From NCBI GenBank assembly GCA_041489925.1, contig JBGPSD010000005.1:1581-65580 (forward strand): DNA of 64,000 nt, given 5' to 3'. Positions 50,339-58,806 of this stretch are shown piece after piece. Source of the stretch: Candidatus Nanoarchaeia archaeon. Its GTDB lineage: Archaea > Nanobdellota > Nanobdellia > Woesearchaeales > ARS49. Each line of letters starts with the position of its first letter. The first letter of the stretch is position 1. A program made the translations under genes and the position numbers. Under the pieces are notes generated by a model, which was not told where the DNA came from, made no database searches, and saw only the letters and a list, made by a program, of their open reading frames with translations.

Positions 50339-50889
50339 TGGAACCAGCTCCTCGCGAGCTTCAGGCGGTGCTTAACAGGCACTCCGAGCTCGTGCTCAGG
50401 GATTTGCGTCTTTCCGAAATAATCCTGCAATTCCCACTGCGATATGCCGAGCAGTTCAGCAGTCCTTGCCAGGGAGATGCCGTGCTCTGACATCTTGCTT
50501 GCCTTCTTGATTCTCGCCTGGTTAATCACCTCTGTAATGTAGAGGCTTATTTTTTCATCAAGCTTTTTCACTTCTTCAAAAATGCGCTTGACAACAGTCC
50601 TGTAAACATCCTCCTTGCCAAGCTCAAGAGCGTCCTTTGCCTCCTGCAAAAGCGAGGCAACCTGAGGGACAGGTATTTTCTCGTCACAGCAGCGCTGCAC
50701 AATCTTGCTCAGCGCGTAAATGACAACTGCAAATGAAACAGAGTCATCATCCTGGAATATGCTCGCGTCGTGGATGACGTGGTTGCTCAGCTCGCTCAAA
50801 GCGTGGTGGTCCTCAGCCTGCAAACTCGCCAAAACCTGCTCAAGCACCTCAAGAATGTCCTTTTTCAGTATGTCACGCATAAGCGTCAA
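50335..50889 (-). CDS. protein with C-terminal UPF0175-like HTH (antitoxin-like)
   Basis: The C-terminus ISLARTAELLGISQWELQDYFGKTQIP fits the UPF0175 pattern iSlgkAAEllGis-x-wEf. 184 aa. Confidence 0.5.
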   Translation of the reverse strand: MTLMRDILKKDILEVLEQVLASLQAEDHHALSELSNHVIHDASIFQDDDSVSFAVVIYALSKIVQRCCDEKIPVPQVASLLQEAKDALELGKEDVYRTVVKRIFEEVKKLDEKISLYITEVINQARIKKASKMSEHGISLARTAELLGISQWELQDYFGKTQIPEHELGVPVKHRLKLARSWFQ

Positions 50890-50911
50890 TTGCTGTTAAG
50901 GGTATATAAAT

Positions 50912-52171
50912 TTATTTCTGCAGCGTGAGAGTCTTCAGAATTGTCGGCGAGACTGTCAGCTGCGGTTTTACTATAATCGGGGTGAATGTGGACGTGGCAG
51001 GCGGATTAGGTGATGCGCCGCACTCTCCGTCATCACAGCCATACGGGCAGGCAATGTTTTCAGAGGCAAGATTGCCGCTCTGGCAGTAATACTCAAGCAC
51101 TTCCCTTGTGTTTGCACAGGAGTCAGTGTAAGTGTTTGAACTCTGCGTGCCGTCTGTGTAAGAGGTTGTTAGCGTCACTGTTCCCTTGTTCTGCGCATCC
51201 CTTCCCTTGTCATTTTCCCTGCAGGTTGTTGTTCCTGTCCTTGTGTCGCCGCCAGTGTAAACAGTCACAGGTGTTGTCGGGGTTGTTGGCTGCTGTTCGC
51301 ACATCTTCCTGACGCAGTAAGCATATGTTGTCGCGCTGCCGTCTGCGCTGTTCCAGCAGTCTCTTTCGCAGTCTGTTGGCTTTCCGCAGTCAACATCAAG
51401 GCAAATCGCAAGAGCCTCCTTGTTATTGCTGTATTTTGTCCTGCAGTTCTCCTCGCAGGTCTGTTCGCGGCATTCCCTTTGCACGCATGCCTGGTAAACT
51501 GTCGGGCTTCCCTGTGATTTCTTCCAGCAGGATGTTTCGCAAGGGTCTCCCTGGTCGCAGTCAAGCCGTAAGCACAGTGCATAAGCATCTTTGTTTGAGC
51601 CGTATTTTGTCTTGCAGTTTTCCTCGCAAGTATTGCATTCCCTTTGCACGCATGCCTGGTAAACTGTCGGGCTTCCTTTTGATGTTTTCCAGCAGGCTGT
51701 TTCGCAGGGGTCTCCTGGGTTGCAGTCAAGCCTTAAGCACAATGCATAAGCGTCCTTGTTTGAGCCGTATCTTGTCCTGCATGTGTCTTCGCAGGTTTCA
51801 GGTGCGCACCGCTCTTTTACGCAAAGGTCGTATTTTGTCTTATCCTTTCCAAATGCCTGCCTGCAGTATTCCTCGCACGTGCAGTTCTGCTGTTTAGGGC
51901 AGTCAGGGCAAGTTTCGCATGAAGGGCATTGCGGGCATCTTTGTATTTCCCCGCAGCCTGCATTTACGCTTATTCCGCCGCCTGAGCCGGTAATAACTCC
52001 GTTGCCTACTGTCACTGTTGATGCCCTCAAGTAGGGGACAAAAAACAATAGAAAGATTATCGCCATCACTTCAAGAAGTATAAGCACAAGCAGGGGCTTT
52101 GGGATGATATAGGCACGCCTACCTGTGAAAAAAGCAATGGAATAATCCTTTGCTGCCATGGTATCAGACAT
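50912..52171 (-). CDS. membrane-anchored Cys-rich repeat protein
   Basis: N-terminal TM segment. Three ~54-aa repeats (CE(D/E)(T/N)C(R/K)T(R/K)Y(G/S)(S/N)NK(D/E)A-x-A-(L/I)-C-L...). C-terminal C-x-(E/D)-x-D...YYC...C-x-YGCDDGEC module. Confidence 0.6.
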   Translation of the reverse strand: MSDTMAAKDYSIAFFTGRRAYIIPKPLLVLILLEVMAIIFLLFFVPYLRASTVTVGNGVITGSGGGISVNAGCGEIQRCPQCPSCETCPDCPKQQNCTCEEYCRQAFGKDKTKYDLCVKERCAPETCEDTCRTRYGSNKDAYALCLRLDCNPGDPCETACWKTSKGSPTVYQACVQRECNTCEENCKTKYGSNKDAYALCLRLDCDQGDPCETSCWKKSQGSPTVYQACVQRECREQTCEENCRTKYSNNKEALAICLDVDCGKPTDCERDCWNSADGSATTYAYCVRKMCEQQPTTPTTPVTVYTGGDTRTGTTTCRENDKGRDAQNKGTVTLTTSYTDGTQSSNTYTDSCANTREVLEYYCQSGNLASENIACPYGCDDGECGASPNPPATSTFTPIIVKPQLTVSPTILKTLTLQK

Positions 52172-52883
52172 ACGCAGTTACGCCAGTTGGTACACACATT
52201 CCGCGCACGCACTTTCCTGGGCAGGTCATTACAACGCGGTCAGGCTTTCCACTCCTGCAGACCCATTCTCCAACGCGCATGTCATCAGCGCAGTCGTCAT
52301 TGTAAGTCTGGCCATTGTATGTCACACTGCCTGCGGTTGTTGTGTCAGAGCCATCAGAGTCAACGCAGTCTCCGGGAGTTCCTGTGGGTGTTGTCGGTGT
52401 CTGCGGCTGCGTGGGAGTGCCTCCTGTTGTGCACTCCTGCCTTACACATGATTCATAAGCAGTCTGGCTTGTCATATAGCGCTTGTAGCAGCGCTCCTCG
52501 CACGGCGTTCTTGTTATTGTTGGTGGAGGTGTTCCTGGGCATGTCGGGCAGGACGGACATCTTCCGCCTGTGTTGTCACAGCACGCGGCATTGATTACCA
52601 CTCCTCCTCCGCCTGTCATTGTCTTGCCATCAGCGCCTATTACCTTTGCGCCTCCGAGCCAGCCATATCTGGGGAACCAGAATAGCATAAGCAATATCAT
52701 CACTGCCAAGCCGATAACAATCAGCAAAAGCAGAATATTTGTCCCGAATGTGGGCTGTCTTGGTGAAAACATAACAGCGCTTGAACGAACGTCCTGTGCC
52801 ATAAAAGCACCTCCTTTTATAGCTGTTTCAGAGAGGAGAGTATAAAAGGTTTGGTTGCCACTCTCGCGTGGGGTATCACTCAA
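52164..52883 (-). CDS. membrane-anchored Cys-rich protein (related to 50912..52171)
   Basis: TM segment, one CEERCYKRY...C repeat, and the module CVDSDGSD...GSVTYNGQTY...WVC...CPGKCVRGMC. Confidence 0.55.
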   Translation of the reverse strand: MSDTPRESGNQTFYTLLSETAIKGGAFMAQDVRSSAVMFSPRQPTFGTNILLLLIVIGLAVMILLMLFWFPRYGWLGGAKVIGADGKTMTGGGGVVINAACCDNTGGRCPSCPTCPGTPPPTITRTPCEERCYKRYMTSQTAYESCVRQECTTGGTPTQPQTPTTPTGTPGDCVDSDGSDTTTAGSVTYNGQTYNDDCADDMRVGEWVCRSGKPDRVVMTCPGKCVRGMCVPTGVTAYV

Positions 52884-53142
52884 ACCTGAAGCCGCAGGTG
52901 TCCTTTGTGATTTGCTCTTCCTCTGTCCTGGGATATATTCTACAGTTCAAAGGCCTAAATGGGTGGATAGAACAGTATGATTCCCCATTTGGCTTGAATT
53001 TCAGGAACGGGCACACATTAGGAAGCTTGCAGCAGGCGCCACAGTTAATGCACTTTCCTTTCCTGTTCTTGGCTACCGGAAGAACACAGGTAGCAGTGCG
53101 CTTTAATTTCGCGCCCCATGTATTTCCTGCTTTGTCAACCAT
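52876..53142 (-). CDS. YkgJ-family cysteine-cluster protein
   Basis: CINCGACCKLP (CxxCxxCC) plus C-x-IHPFRPLNCRIYP. Confidence 0.72.
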   Translation of the reverse strand: MVDKAGNTWGAKLKRTATCVLPVAKNRKGKCINCGACCKLPNVCPFLKFKPNGESYCSIHPFRPLNCRIYPRTEEEQITKDTCGFRFE

Positions 53143-53169
53143 TTTTAACAGCTTCAGAAATCAATTATA

Positions 53170-53808
53170 TTAAGGTTGTGGAGCAGGCAGCAGCACTACT
53201 CTTTGATAAGTGACGTTGATATTGCCGTTCATTGTTGACACCCTTAATCCGCCAAGAGCCGGTTCACCTATTGGCGCATACTTGCCGCCGCCTTTGGGTT
53301 CCATTCCTTGAATGTTGGCATTGCCTTTTATTGCAAATGCGTCAATTGCCAATGGCGCGTGCAATTTTAGCTCAATATCGCCGTTCATTGCCTCAATTGT
53401 CCCCTTGTGCGCAACATCGCCTTTTACAAAGCCGTTCATGGTCTTGACTGCGAGTTCCAAATCAGAGATTCCTTGCGGAAGCCAGAGCTGGCCTTTAAGG
53501 TCGTCGATAAACAAAGTGTTGTTTGAGTATAACGGCGCCCTGCGGGTGTCGCCTTTAACCTTCACCTTGCTGCCTTCCTGCAGGCGCAAGTCAAGTGATT
53601 CGTTCAGGGAATAAAGAACAACCCTGTCTCCTGGCTTGACATCATAATCCTGGTCTATTTCATAATCAAACCTGTTTCCGCCGATAAAGATTCCATTTCC
53701 AGATATTTCAACTGAACTGTCTGAGTGGGAATGCGCCCTGATGTGGAGCCCGCTTGCATTATAATTCACTGTGCTGCCAGGTATCATTATGTTTTTTCTT
53801 TTTATCAT
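53170..53808 (-). CDS. hypothetical beta-rich protein
   Basis: 212-aa ORF with repetitive G-(D/N)-I/V strands (NGDIELKLH, GNANIQG, NGNINVTY). Family not confidently recognised. Confidence 0.45.
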   Translation of the reverse strand: MIKRKNIMIPGSTVNYNASGLHIRAHSHSDSSVEISGNGIFIGGNRFDYEIDQDYDVKPGDRVVLYSLNESLDLRLQEGSKVKVKGDTRRAPLYSNNTLFIDDLKGQLWLPQGISDLELAVKTMNGFVKGDVAHKGTIEAMNGDIELKLHAPLAIDAFAIKGNANIQGMEPKGGGKYAPIGEPALGGLRVSTMNGNINVTYQRVVLLPAPQP

Positions 53809-53886
53809 GCTGTAATCTTAACAATTTGGCTGCTTTTAAAGTTTCGGCTTATCAGCAGATTAATAAGCCGCGTTTGCTTATCAAAT

Positions 53887-54714
53887 ATGATGGCAGATAA
53901 AGATCAGGATTCTTATCTGGAATTAGAAGATGGCTCTAAAATATGGTGCCAAAAAATGGCTGGAAAAGAAGGCTTCCTGCCTTTTGTTTTTATCCACGGA
54001 AACGCGCAAAATCACACAACTGCAGATGCCTGTTTAAAATATCTTAATGAACTGGGCCACCCTGTTCTTGTTTATGATTTACCCGGCCATGGAAAATCTG
54101 ACAGTTATCATGACGGCAAATATTCCATGGAGAGATTCACTGATACGCTTGCTAAAGTTCTGCAGTATTCAAAGATTGACAAGCCTGTGTTGATTGGGCA
54201 TTCCATGGGCGGAATGATAGCTTTGCAGTACGCTGTCCAATATCCTGAAAAAATTGCAGGGCTTATTTTGGTTGACACTTCAGACTTTGACCCAATTAAA
54301 GCAAACAAGGCAATACCCTTGGCCAGCATAATACCTGGCATAATCAAAAATTCGTATGCGCTGTTTAAATCAAAAGGAACATATCAGTTTGATAAAAACC
54401 CGCAATTAAGTGAGGATGAAATATTATCCGCAGGCCTGGATTGCACTGTTCCAGAGGCATTGGAAGGGAATTTTAATGCTACTACCACTTATGATGTGCG
54501 GCAGAAGCTGGACTCTTTAAGCGTTCCAATTCTTATTTTGCGCGGCGAAACTGACGCTTTAATGACCCAGGAAATGAACATTGATATGCAGAAAAGAATG
54601 AAAAACTCCAGGCTTGTTGTGATTCCAAAATACGGGCACAATTTCCTGATTCAAAGGCCTGATTTATTGAAGCAAACTATTGAGCAGAATTATGATTTTA
54701 TTGTACGCAAATAG
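53887..54714 (+). CDS. alpha/beta hydrolase
   Basis: Trimmed to MMADKDQ... Oxyanion HGNAQN, nucleophile elbow GHSMGG, late D and H (YGHNF). Confidence 0.85.
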   Translation: MMADKDQDSYLELEDGSKIWCQKMAGKEGFLPFVFIHGNAQNHTTADACLKYLNELGHPVLVYDLPGHGKSDSYHDGKYSMERFTDTLAKVLQYSKIDKPVLIGHSMGGMIALQYAVQYPEKIAGLILVDTSDFDPIKANKAIPLASIIPGIIKNSYALFKSKGTYQFDKNPQLSEDEILSAGLDCTVPEALEGNFNATTTYDVRQKLDSLSVPILILRGETDALMTQEMNIDMQKRMKNSRLVVIPKYGHNFLIQRPDLLKQTIEQNYDFIVRK

Positions 54715-54801
54715 GTTTCTTTGCCCACTAGTTTTTATCTATAAGACTCAGCCATATTTTTTGTTTGGGGTGTTGAAAGTGACTGTTTTCTTCGCAGCGT
54801 G

Positions 54802-54840
54802 CCGGAAAGTTTGCGGCTGAACCGGAAGATTTCCGACGAT
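54802..54840 (+). repeat. CCGGAAA...TTTCCGACGA motif, copy G3
   Basis: CCGGAAAGTTTGCGGCTGAACCGGAAGATTTCCGACGAT shares both ends with G1. Confidence 0.35.
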
Positions 54841-54960
54841 AAGCACTTCACTGGCCACTGGACAGTGAGGCACAGGGTATTTAAGGATTGTTTTCTCGCA
54901 GAGAAGCATGAAACGCAACTTTTATATACTGAGTAAGATTAATCTTATCCAGGTGATACT

Positions 54961-55227
54961 ATGGAGGTTGCAATGACCAAGATGTCCTCAAAAGGCCAGG
55001 TTGTAATACCTGCCGAGATGAGGGAAGGATTGAAAGAAGGGGACAAGCTGCTCATTATACAGACAAAAGACCAAATCATACTGAAAAAGGCAAGCGAGCT
55101 GGACAAGAATTTTGAGGAAGACCTTGAGTTTGCCAGGAGAACAGAGGAAGCATGGAAGCGGTATGAAAAAGGGGAATTTGTTTCTCTGCCCGCGGACAAG
55201 TTCCTTGAAAAGCTGTCCAAATGCTGA
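54961..55227 (+). CDS. AbrB/SpoVT-family antitoxin
   Basis: SSKGQVVIPAEMREGLKEGDKLLI swapped-hairpin motif. 7-nt overlap with the toxin gene. Confidence 0.75.
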   Translation: MEVAMTKMSSKGQVVIPAEMREGLKEGDKLLIIQTKDQIILKKASELDKNFEEDLEFARRTEEAWKRYEKGEFVSLPADKFLEKLSKC

Positions 55228-55469
55228 CAATAGAACACCGGCCGGAATTCTTGAGGAAAATTGAGAGGATAAAAGACAGGGGCCTGAAGGAGAGGGTTAA
55301 AAAGCAAATCGCAAAGATTGTCGCCTTTCCAGAGACAGGCAAGCCAATGATGTACGCCAGAAAAGGCACAAGGGAATTACACGTTCCGCCATTCAGGCTT
55401 TCTTACGCATACATCCAGCAGGAAAACAAGATAATATTCCTTGACTTATACCACAAAGACGAGCAGTAA
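55221..55469 (+). CDS. relE: RelE/ParE-family toxin
   Basis: 82 aa. F-x-K...L-x-x-I-x-x-I...P-x-x-GKPM...RELHV..FRLSY...IIFLDLYHKDE is typical of RelE-like interferases. Confidence 0.72.
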   Translation: MLTIEHRPEFLRKIERIKDRGLKERVKKQIAKIVAFPETGKPMMYARKGTRELHVPPFRLSYAYIQQENKIIFLDLYHKDEQ

Positions 55470-55513
55470 ATTATCAAACACATTTAAATACATCAAAAAC
55501 ATATATCCTGATT

Positions 55514-55780
55514 ATGGCAAGATATAATATGACCAATTTAAGGCCTGATTCTCCCAGGGATGACTCTGAGCGGGCATATATTATTGGGCGTATTGAAGAA
55601 AAAGAAAAACAAATAGGCGGTCTCGAATGCGTTCTAACCTTTGAATACCACTATGCAGGGGGATGCCGCTTTAATACGCGATCATTAGAAGAAGCAGAGG
55701 AAATGCGTCATACCGAAGGTCCAAGAGTTATTAAGTACTGGAAAAAAGAACAGTTCATTCCAGAACCAGCATACAGGTAA
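55514..55780 (+). CDS. hypothetical protein
   Basis: 88-aa ORF in the AT-rich island. Confidence 0.4.
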   Translation: MARYNMTNLRPDSPRDDSERAYIIGRIEEKEKQIGGLECVLTFEYHYAGGCRFNTRSLEEAEEMRHTEGPRVIKYWKKEQFIPEPAYR

Positions 55781-55885
55781 ATATTTCACTTCTAACAACA
55801 AAATACTCTTTTATTTGCGACTCAATCCACAATGGTTGCTTGGCTATCGAAAACCATATATTCAACACAGCATTATATCCCCCTA

Positions 55886-56152
55886 ATGGCTACCACAATT
55901 GTTTCGCCGATTGAACGGGCTATTGAAAAGGAATTCCAAATATTCCTAGATACACACAGGAACCATATACGTGAAGCGTTCAAGCGTCAGGATTTTGATG
56001 AAGTTCCTGATCTGCCAGAATACTGGAAATTTGTTGATGTGTTATATGCTCGTTGCGATGCGTTGTCGCATCAGTTTAAGGTGCCAACAGATGAAGTCAA
56101 TCGAGCTATTGACTTTTACAATGCTGAATTCTTTAGAAACCCGCAATATTAG
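55886..56152 (+). CDS. hypothetical protein
   Basis: Track ORF 55832..56152 trimmed to MATTIVSP... Confidence 0.4.
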   Translation: MATTIVSPIERAIEKEFQIFLDTHRNHIREAFKRQDFDEVPDLPEYWKFVDVLYARCDALSHQFKVPTDEVNRAIDFYNAEFFRNPQY

Positions 56153-56199
56153 TTGTTTTATTCCTTTGCCAATTTGTTGTTGTTAAGTGTTGCAATTTC

Positions 56200-56228
56200 A
56201 ATCCACAGTAAACAGCGTGTCATCGTGG
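56200..56228. repeat. 29-nt perfect direct repeat, distal copy
   Basis: AATCCACAGTAAACAGCGTGTCATCGTGG is identical to 56687-56715 (the 3' end of the DUF357 gene on the minus strand). Confidence 0.9.
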
Positions 56229-56686
56229 GCGGCATAAAAGCATATTTCCCAACCTTTAAGTTTCGCCAGGTATTTGCTTGCTGTATGAATGAAGCAGTAG
56301 CTGGCAGGTTAAGAGAATTAGGAGTTAAGGAACCGGATTTAGAAGAAACTATGGTAATTTTATCAGCCCCAACGCCTGATGAAGCATCGCAAAAAATGGG
56401 CGAGTTTCATTATGGCGCAGGATATTCCCAAGTAATGCTTCCAATGTTCAGAGTATTATACCAAAGGGGGGATATAAGACAATCAGTTCTCAGGGACCTT
56501 GAATCTACGCACGTTCCCCCTAATACAATAGATGATTATTTTATGAATATGGGAAATACGCCTCTCTTAGTATTCCATTGCAGACATGAAAATGACATTG
56601 CTATGGATGCAAGGAATGCGTTTGTTACCAGGGCGGACGAATTAATGCTAACTTATCTAAAAAAAGCTGCAGGTATCGTTAATTCT
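56229..56686. mobile_element. putative single-gene cassette inserted at the DUF357 gene 3' end
   Basis: Bounded by the perfect 29-nt direct repeat. Contains one ORF (56285..56698), convergent to the host gene. No recombinase gene is present. Confidence 0.45.
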
Positions 56687-56698
56687 AATCCACAGTAA
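56285..56698 (+). CDS. hypothetical protein (cassette ORF)
   Basis: Track ORF 56153..56698 trimmed to MNEAVAGRLRELG... Its last codons read through the repeat copy. Confidence 0.4.
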   Translation: MNEAVAGRLRELGVKEPDLEETMVILSAPTPDEASQKMGEFHYGAGYSQVMLPMFRVLYQRGDIRQSVLRDLESTHVPPNTIDDYFMNMGNTPLLVFHCRHENDIAMDARNAFVTRADELMLTYLKKAAGIVNSNPQ

Positions 56699-57038
56699 AC
56701 AGCGTGTCATCGTGGTCTACGTCAAAGAAGCCAAGCCTTGCACCGGCATCCAGCCACCCGTGGGCATAATTCAAAGCTGCAAAGGCAGTCACAATATCGC
56801 CTTTCTGCTCAAAGTGCTTTGCGTCAGAAAAATACCTTTGAGCCATGTCAAAAACCACATGCGCAAGACAGTACATGCAGGAACAATTAGCGCGTGGTTT
56901 TTGAGCATGCTCAGAAATGCGCGGCATTTCTGACATATCTAAGAAGTCTTTTGCCTTGGCTATTTTGACTTTCTCAAGTGCCCTTGAAGTCACGTCAAAG
57001 TACTTTTTCAGCTTTTCAGGAGTTATTTCCGAGCTCAT
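56685..57038 (-). CDS. DUF357-like protein, first gene downstream of rpoK
   Basis: YFSDAKHFEQKGDIVTAFAALNYAHGWLDAGARLG resembles the archaeal DUF357 family (from memory). 4-nt overlap with rpoK. Confidence 0.55.
   Translation of the reverse strand: MSSEITPEKLKKYFDVTSRALEKVKIAKAKDFLDMSEMPRISEHAQKPRANCSCMYCLAHVVFDMAQRYFSDAKHFEQKGDIVTAFAALNYAHGWLDAGARLGFFDVDHDDTLFTVD
56687..56715. repeat. 29-nt perfect direct repeat, proximal copy
   Basis: Identical to 56200-56228. Encodes the C-terminal HDDTLFTVD of the DUF357-like protein. Confidence 0.9.
56896..56935 (-). repeat. double-hairpin element, copy F3 (degenerate), in frame inside the DUF357-like gene
   Basis: Minus strand: TGTCAGAAAT-gccgcg-CATTTCTGAGCATGCTCAAAAACC. 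Encodes ...DMSEMPRISEHAQKPR..., compare F2 VSETRKVSEHAQEPR. Confidence 0.6.
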
Positions 57039-57298
57039 GCCATCTTTGCCTTTTCAGCCGCCTTTTGGGCGCGCTTGGCAGGCAATGGGCGTTTCACAGT
57101 AATCGGCAAAACGTCCTTCTCAAGCTCGAGCTTGGCAATTTCAATCGGGTTGTAGCCTATCTTTTCCAGGTCCTTCTCAGAAAGAGTGACAAGGAAAGGG
57201 GCGCCCATTGAAATCTGCAAAGCCCGTGAGCCAATCATCCTGGCGATTTCGTACTTTGTGTGCTTTTCGCGTTCTTCTGCTTTTGCCATTGGAATCAC
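57035..57298 (-). CDS. rpoK: DNA-directed RNA polymerase subunit K (Rpb6 homolog)
   Basis: TKYEIARMIGSRALQISMGAP...PIEIAKLELEKDVLPITV. Confidence 0.85.
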   Translation of the reverse strand: MIPMAKAEEREKHTKYEIARMIGSRALQISMGAPFLVTLSEKDLEKIGYNPIEIAKLELEKDVLPITVKRPLPAKRAQKAAEKAKMA

Positions 57299-58068
57299 CT
57301 TTGAAGCTTCTTGCGCAGCTCTTTTGCCTTGGCTTGCGCAATGTCTACCATTGCGATAATCTCGTCTGCAGTCAGGGGCATTTCTCCGCCTTTCTGCATT
57401 GCACAGACCATGTCCTTGTCGTTGAATGCGACAGTCAGCCTTGCGTCAAGCACTTCCTCTTCGGCAGGCAATGGGTCAACAAGGATATTGCCGCCAACCC
57501 TGATGAGAGTGACTTCGACAGGGCACTGCAGCAATGGAAGCTTTTTCTCAGTCTTCTTGGTGTAGTCAACCTCGCCTTCATCGCTAATTTCAGGGAATAC
57601 CGTGTCCCTGAGAGCAGCGACAGCAGCCAAAGCAGCCGCGTCAAGCAGGTTTCCTTCGTCATTGATTGTGCAAACGTCAATCATGACGCTCCAGACCTTC
57701 TCTTTCTCCTTGATGCAGAGCTTTGTAAGGTCAATTGCCTTTGTTTCCCTGATTGCGCGGTCAATGACACGCGCAAGCTCAGTTGCCTGGTCTCCTGGCG
57801 GTCCTGTCTCAAACAGCGGACTGCTCATAGGTGTCAGCTCTGCGTTAATCATCAGGTTGCCTTGGGCAGGAGTGTCAGGGTAAGGCGTGCCAACGCCGAG
57901 CTTTACGCCCGCGATGACTTCTGTCTCGCCTATCTTCACCCTGGCGCTTCCTTCTGCCATGTGGGACACGCCGTATTCTATTGATATCGGCCTGTATTCG
58001 TCCATCTTTCTTCCGTCATACCTGAGCGATTTTGCCAGGTATTTGAGAATGTGTTCTTTCAGTATCAT
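57295..58068 (-). CDS. rrp42: exosome complex component Rrp42
   Basis: RNase PH-like fold (LRYDGRKMDEYRPISIEYG...EGSARVKIGETEVIAGV). Position after rrp41. Confidence 0.9.
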   Translation of the reverse strand: MILKEHILKYLAKSLRYDGRKMDEYRPISIEYGVSHMAEGSARVKIGETEVIAGVKLGVGTPYPDTPAQGNLMINAELTPMSSPLFETGPPGDQATELARVIDRAIRETKAIDLTKLCIKEKEKVWSVMIDVCTINDEGNLLDAAALAAVAALRDTVFPEISDEGEVDYTKKTEKKLPLLQCPVEVTLIRVGGNILVDPLPAEEEVLDARLTVAFNDKDMVCAMQKGGEMPLTADEIIAMVDIAQAKAKELRKKLQR

Positions 58069-58805
58069 GCTCTCACCTTCTTGTGCTCTTCAGGAGCGAA
58101 CTTTGCCTTCAAAGCCTCCTGCTGGACCTTGTAAATCTCCATTGCCTTCTGCTTGGCGATTTCCAAGACTTTTTTCAGGTCTTCTTTTGGAACCTCTCCG
58201 TCAAGCTGAAGCAGTGAGAACTTGTCCATTGAAGGGATATAGGCAATCGGAATGTCCGAGATGCCGACCTCGCAGTCCTCATAGCCGTCAATGTCAGCCA
58301 TTATCTTTCCTTCATAGTGCCCCATTGAGAGCGCGACAACAAGGTCTTTCATTATAAGACCTGCGTCAGCAAGAGCCATTGCAGCTGCGCATATTGCAGC
58401 GCACCTTGTCCCTGCGTCTGTCTCAGGCAGCTCGATAAAGACATCGATAACTGCGTTCGGGTATTCCTTAAGGTCAAGCACAGGAAGCAATGACTTTGCA
58501 ATAAGCATGCTGATTTCCTGGCTTCTCCTTCCGCCTCCGGGTCTAACTCTTTCGCCGTGCCCTGAGAACGGCATCATGTTGTAGCGGCACCTGAGTATTC
58601 CTGTTTCAGGGTCCTGCTTGAACTTCGGGTGAAGCTCTCGCGGGCCGTAAACAGCCGCATACGCGACAGTGTGCCCCATCCTGAACATCGCGCTTCCATC
58701 AGCGCGCGGAATTATGCCGACCTTTCCTGCCATCGGCCTAAGCTCCTCCCAGTCCCTTCCGTCGTGGCGCTTGGGATATGCCTGTTTTACTGCTTTAGCT
58801 GCCAT
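58065..58805 (-). CDS. rrp41: exosome complex exonuclease Rrp41
   Basis: RHDGRDWEELRPM...ADGSAMFRMGHTVAYAAVYGPRE. Start set to the ATG immediately after the rrp4 stop (the track ORF extends to 58835). Confidence 0.9.
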   Translation of the reverse strand: MAAKAVKQAYPKRHDGRDWEELRPMAGKVGIIPRADGSAMFRMGHTVAYAAVYGPRELHPKFKQDPETGILRCRYNMMPFSGHGERVRPGGGRRSQEISMLIAKSLLPVLDLKEYPNAVIDVFIELPETDAGTRCAAICAAAMALADAGLIMKDLVVALSMGHYEGKIMADIDGYEDCEVGISDIPIAYIPSMDKFSLLQLDGEVPKEDLKKVLEIAKQKAMEIYKVQQEALKAKFAPEEHKKVRA

Positions 58806-58806
58806 T

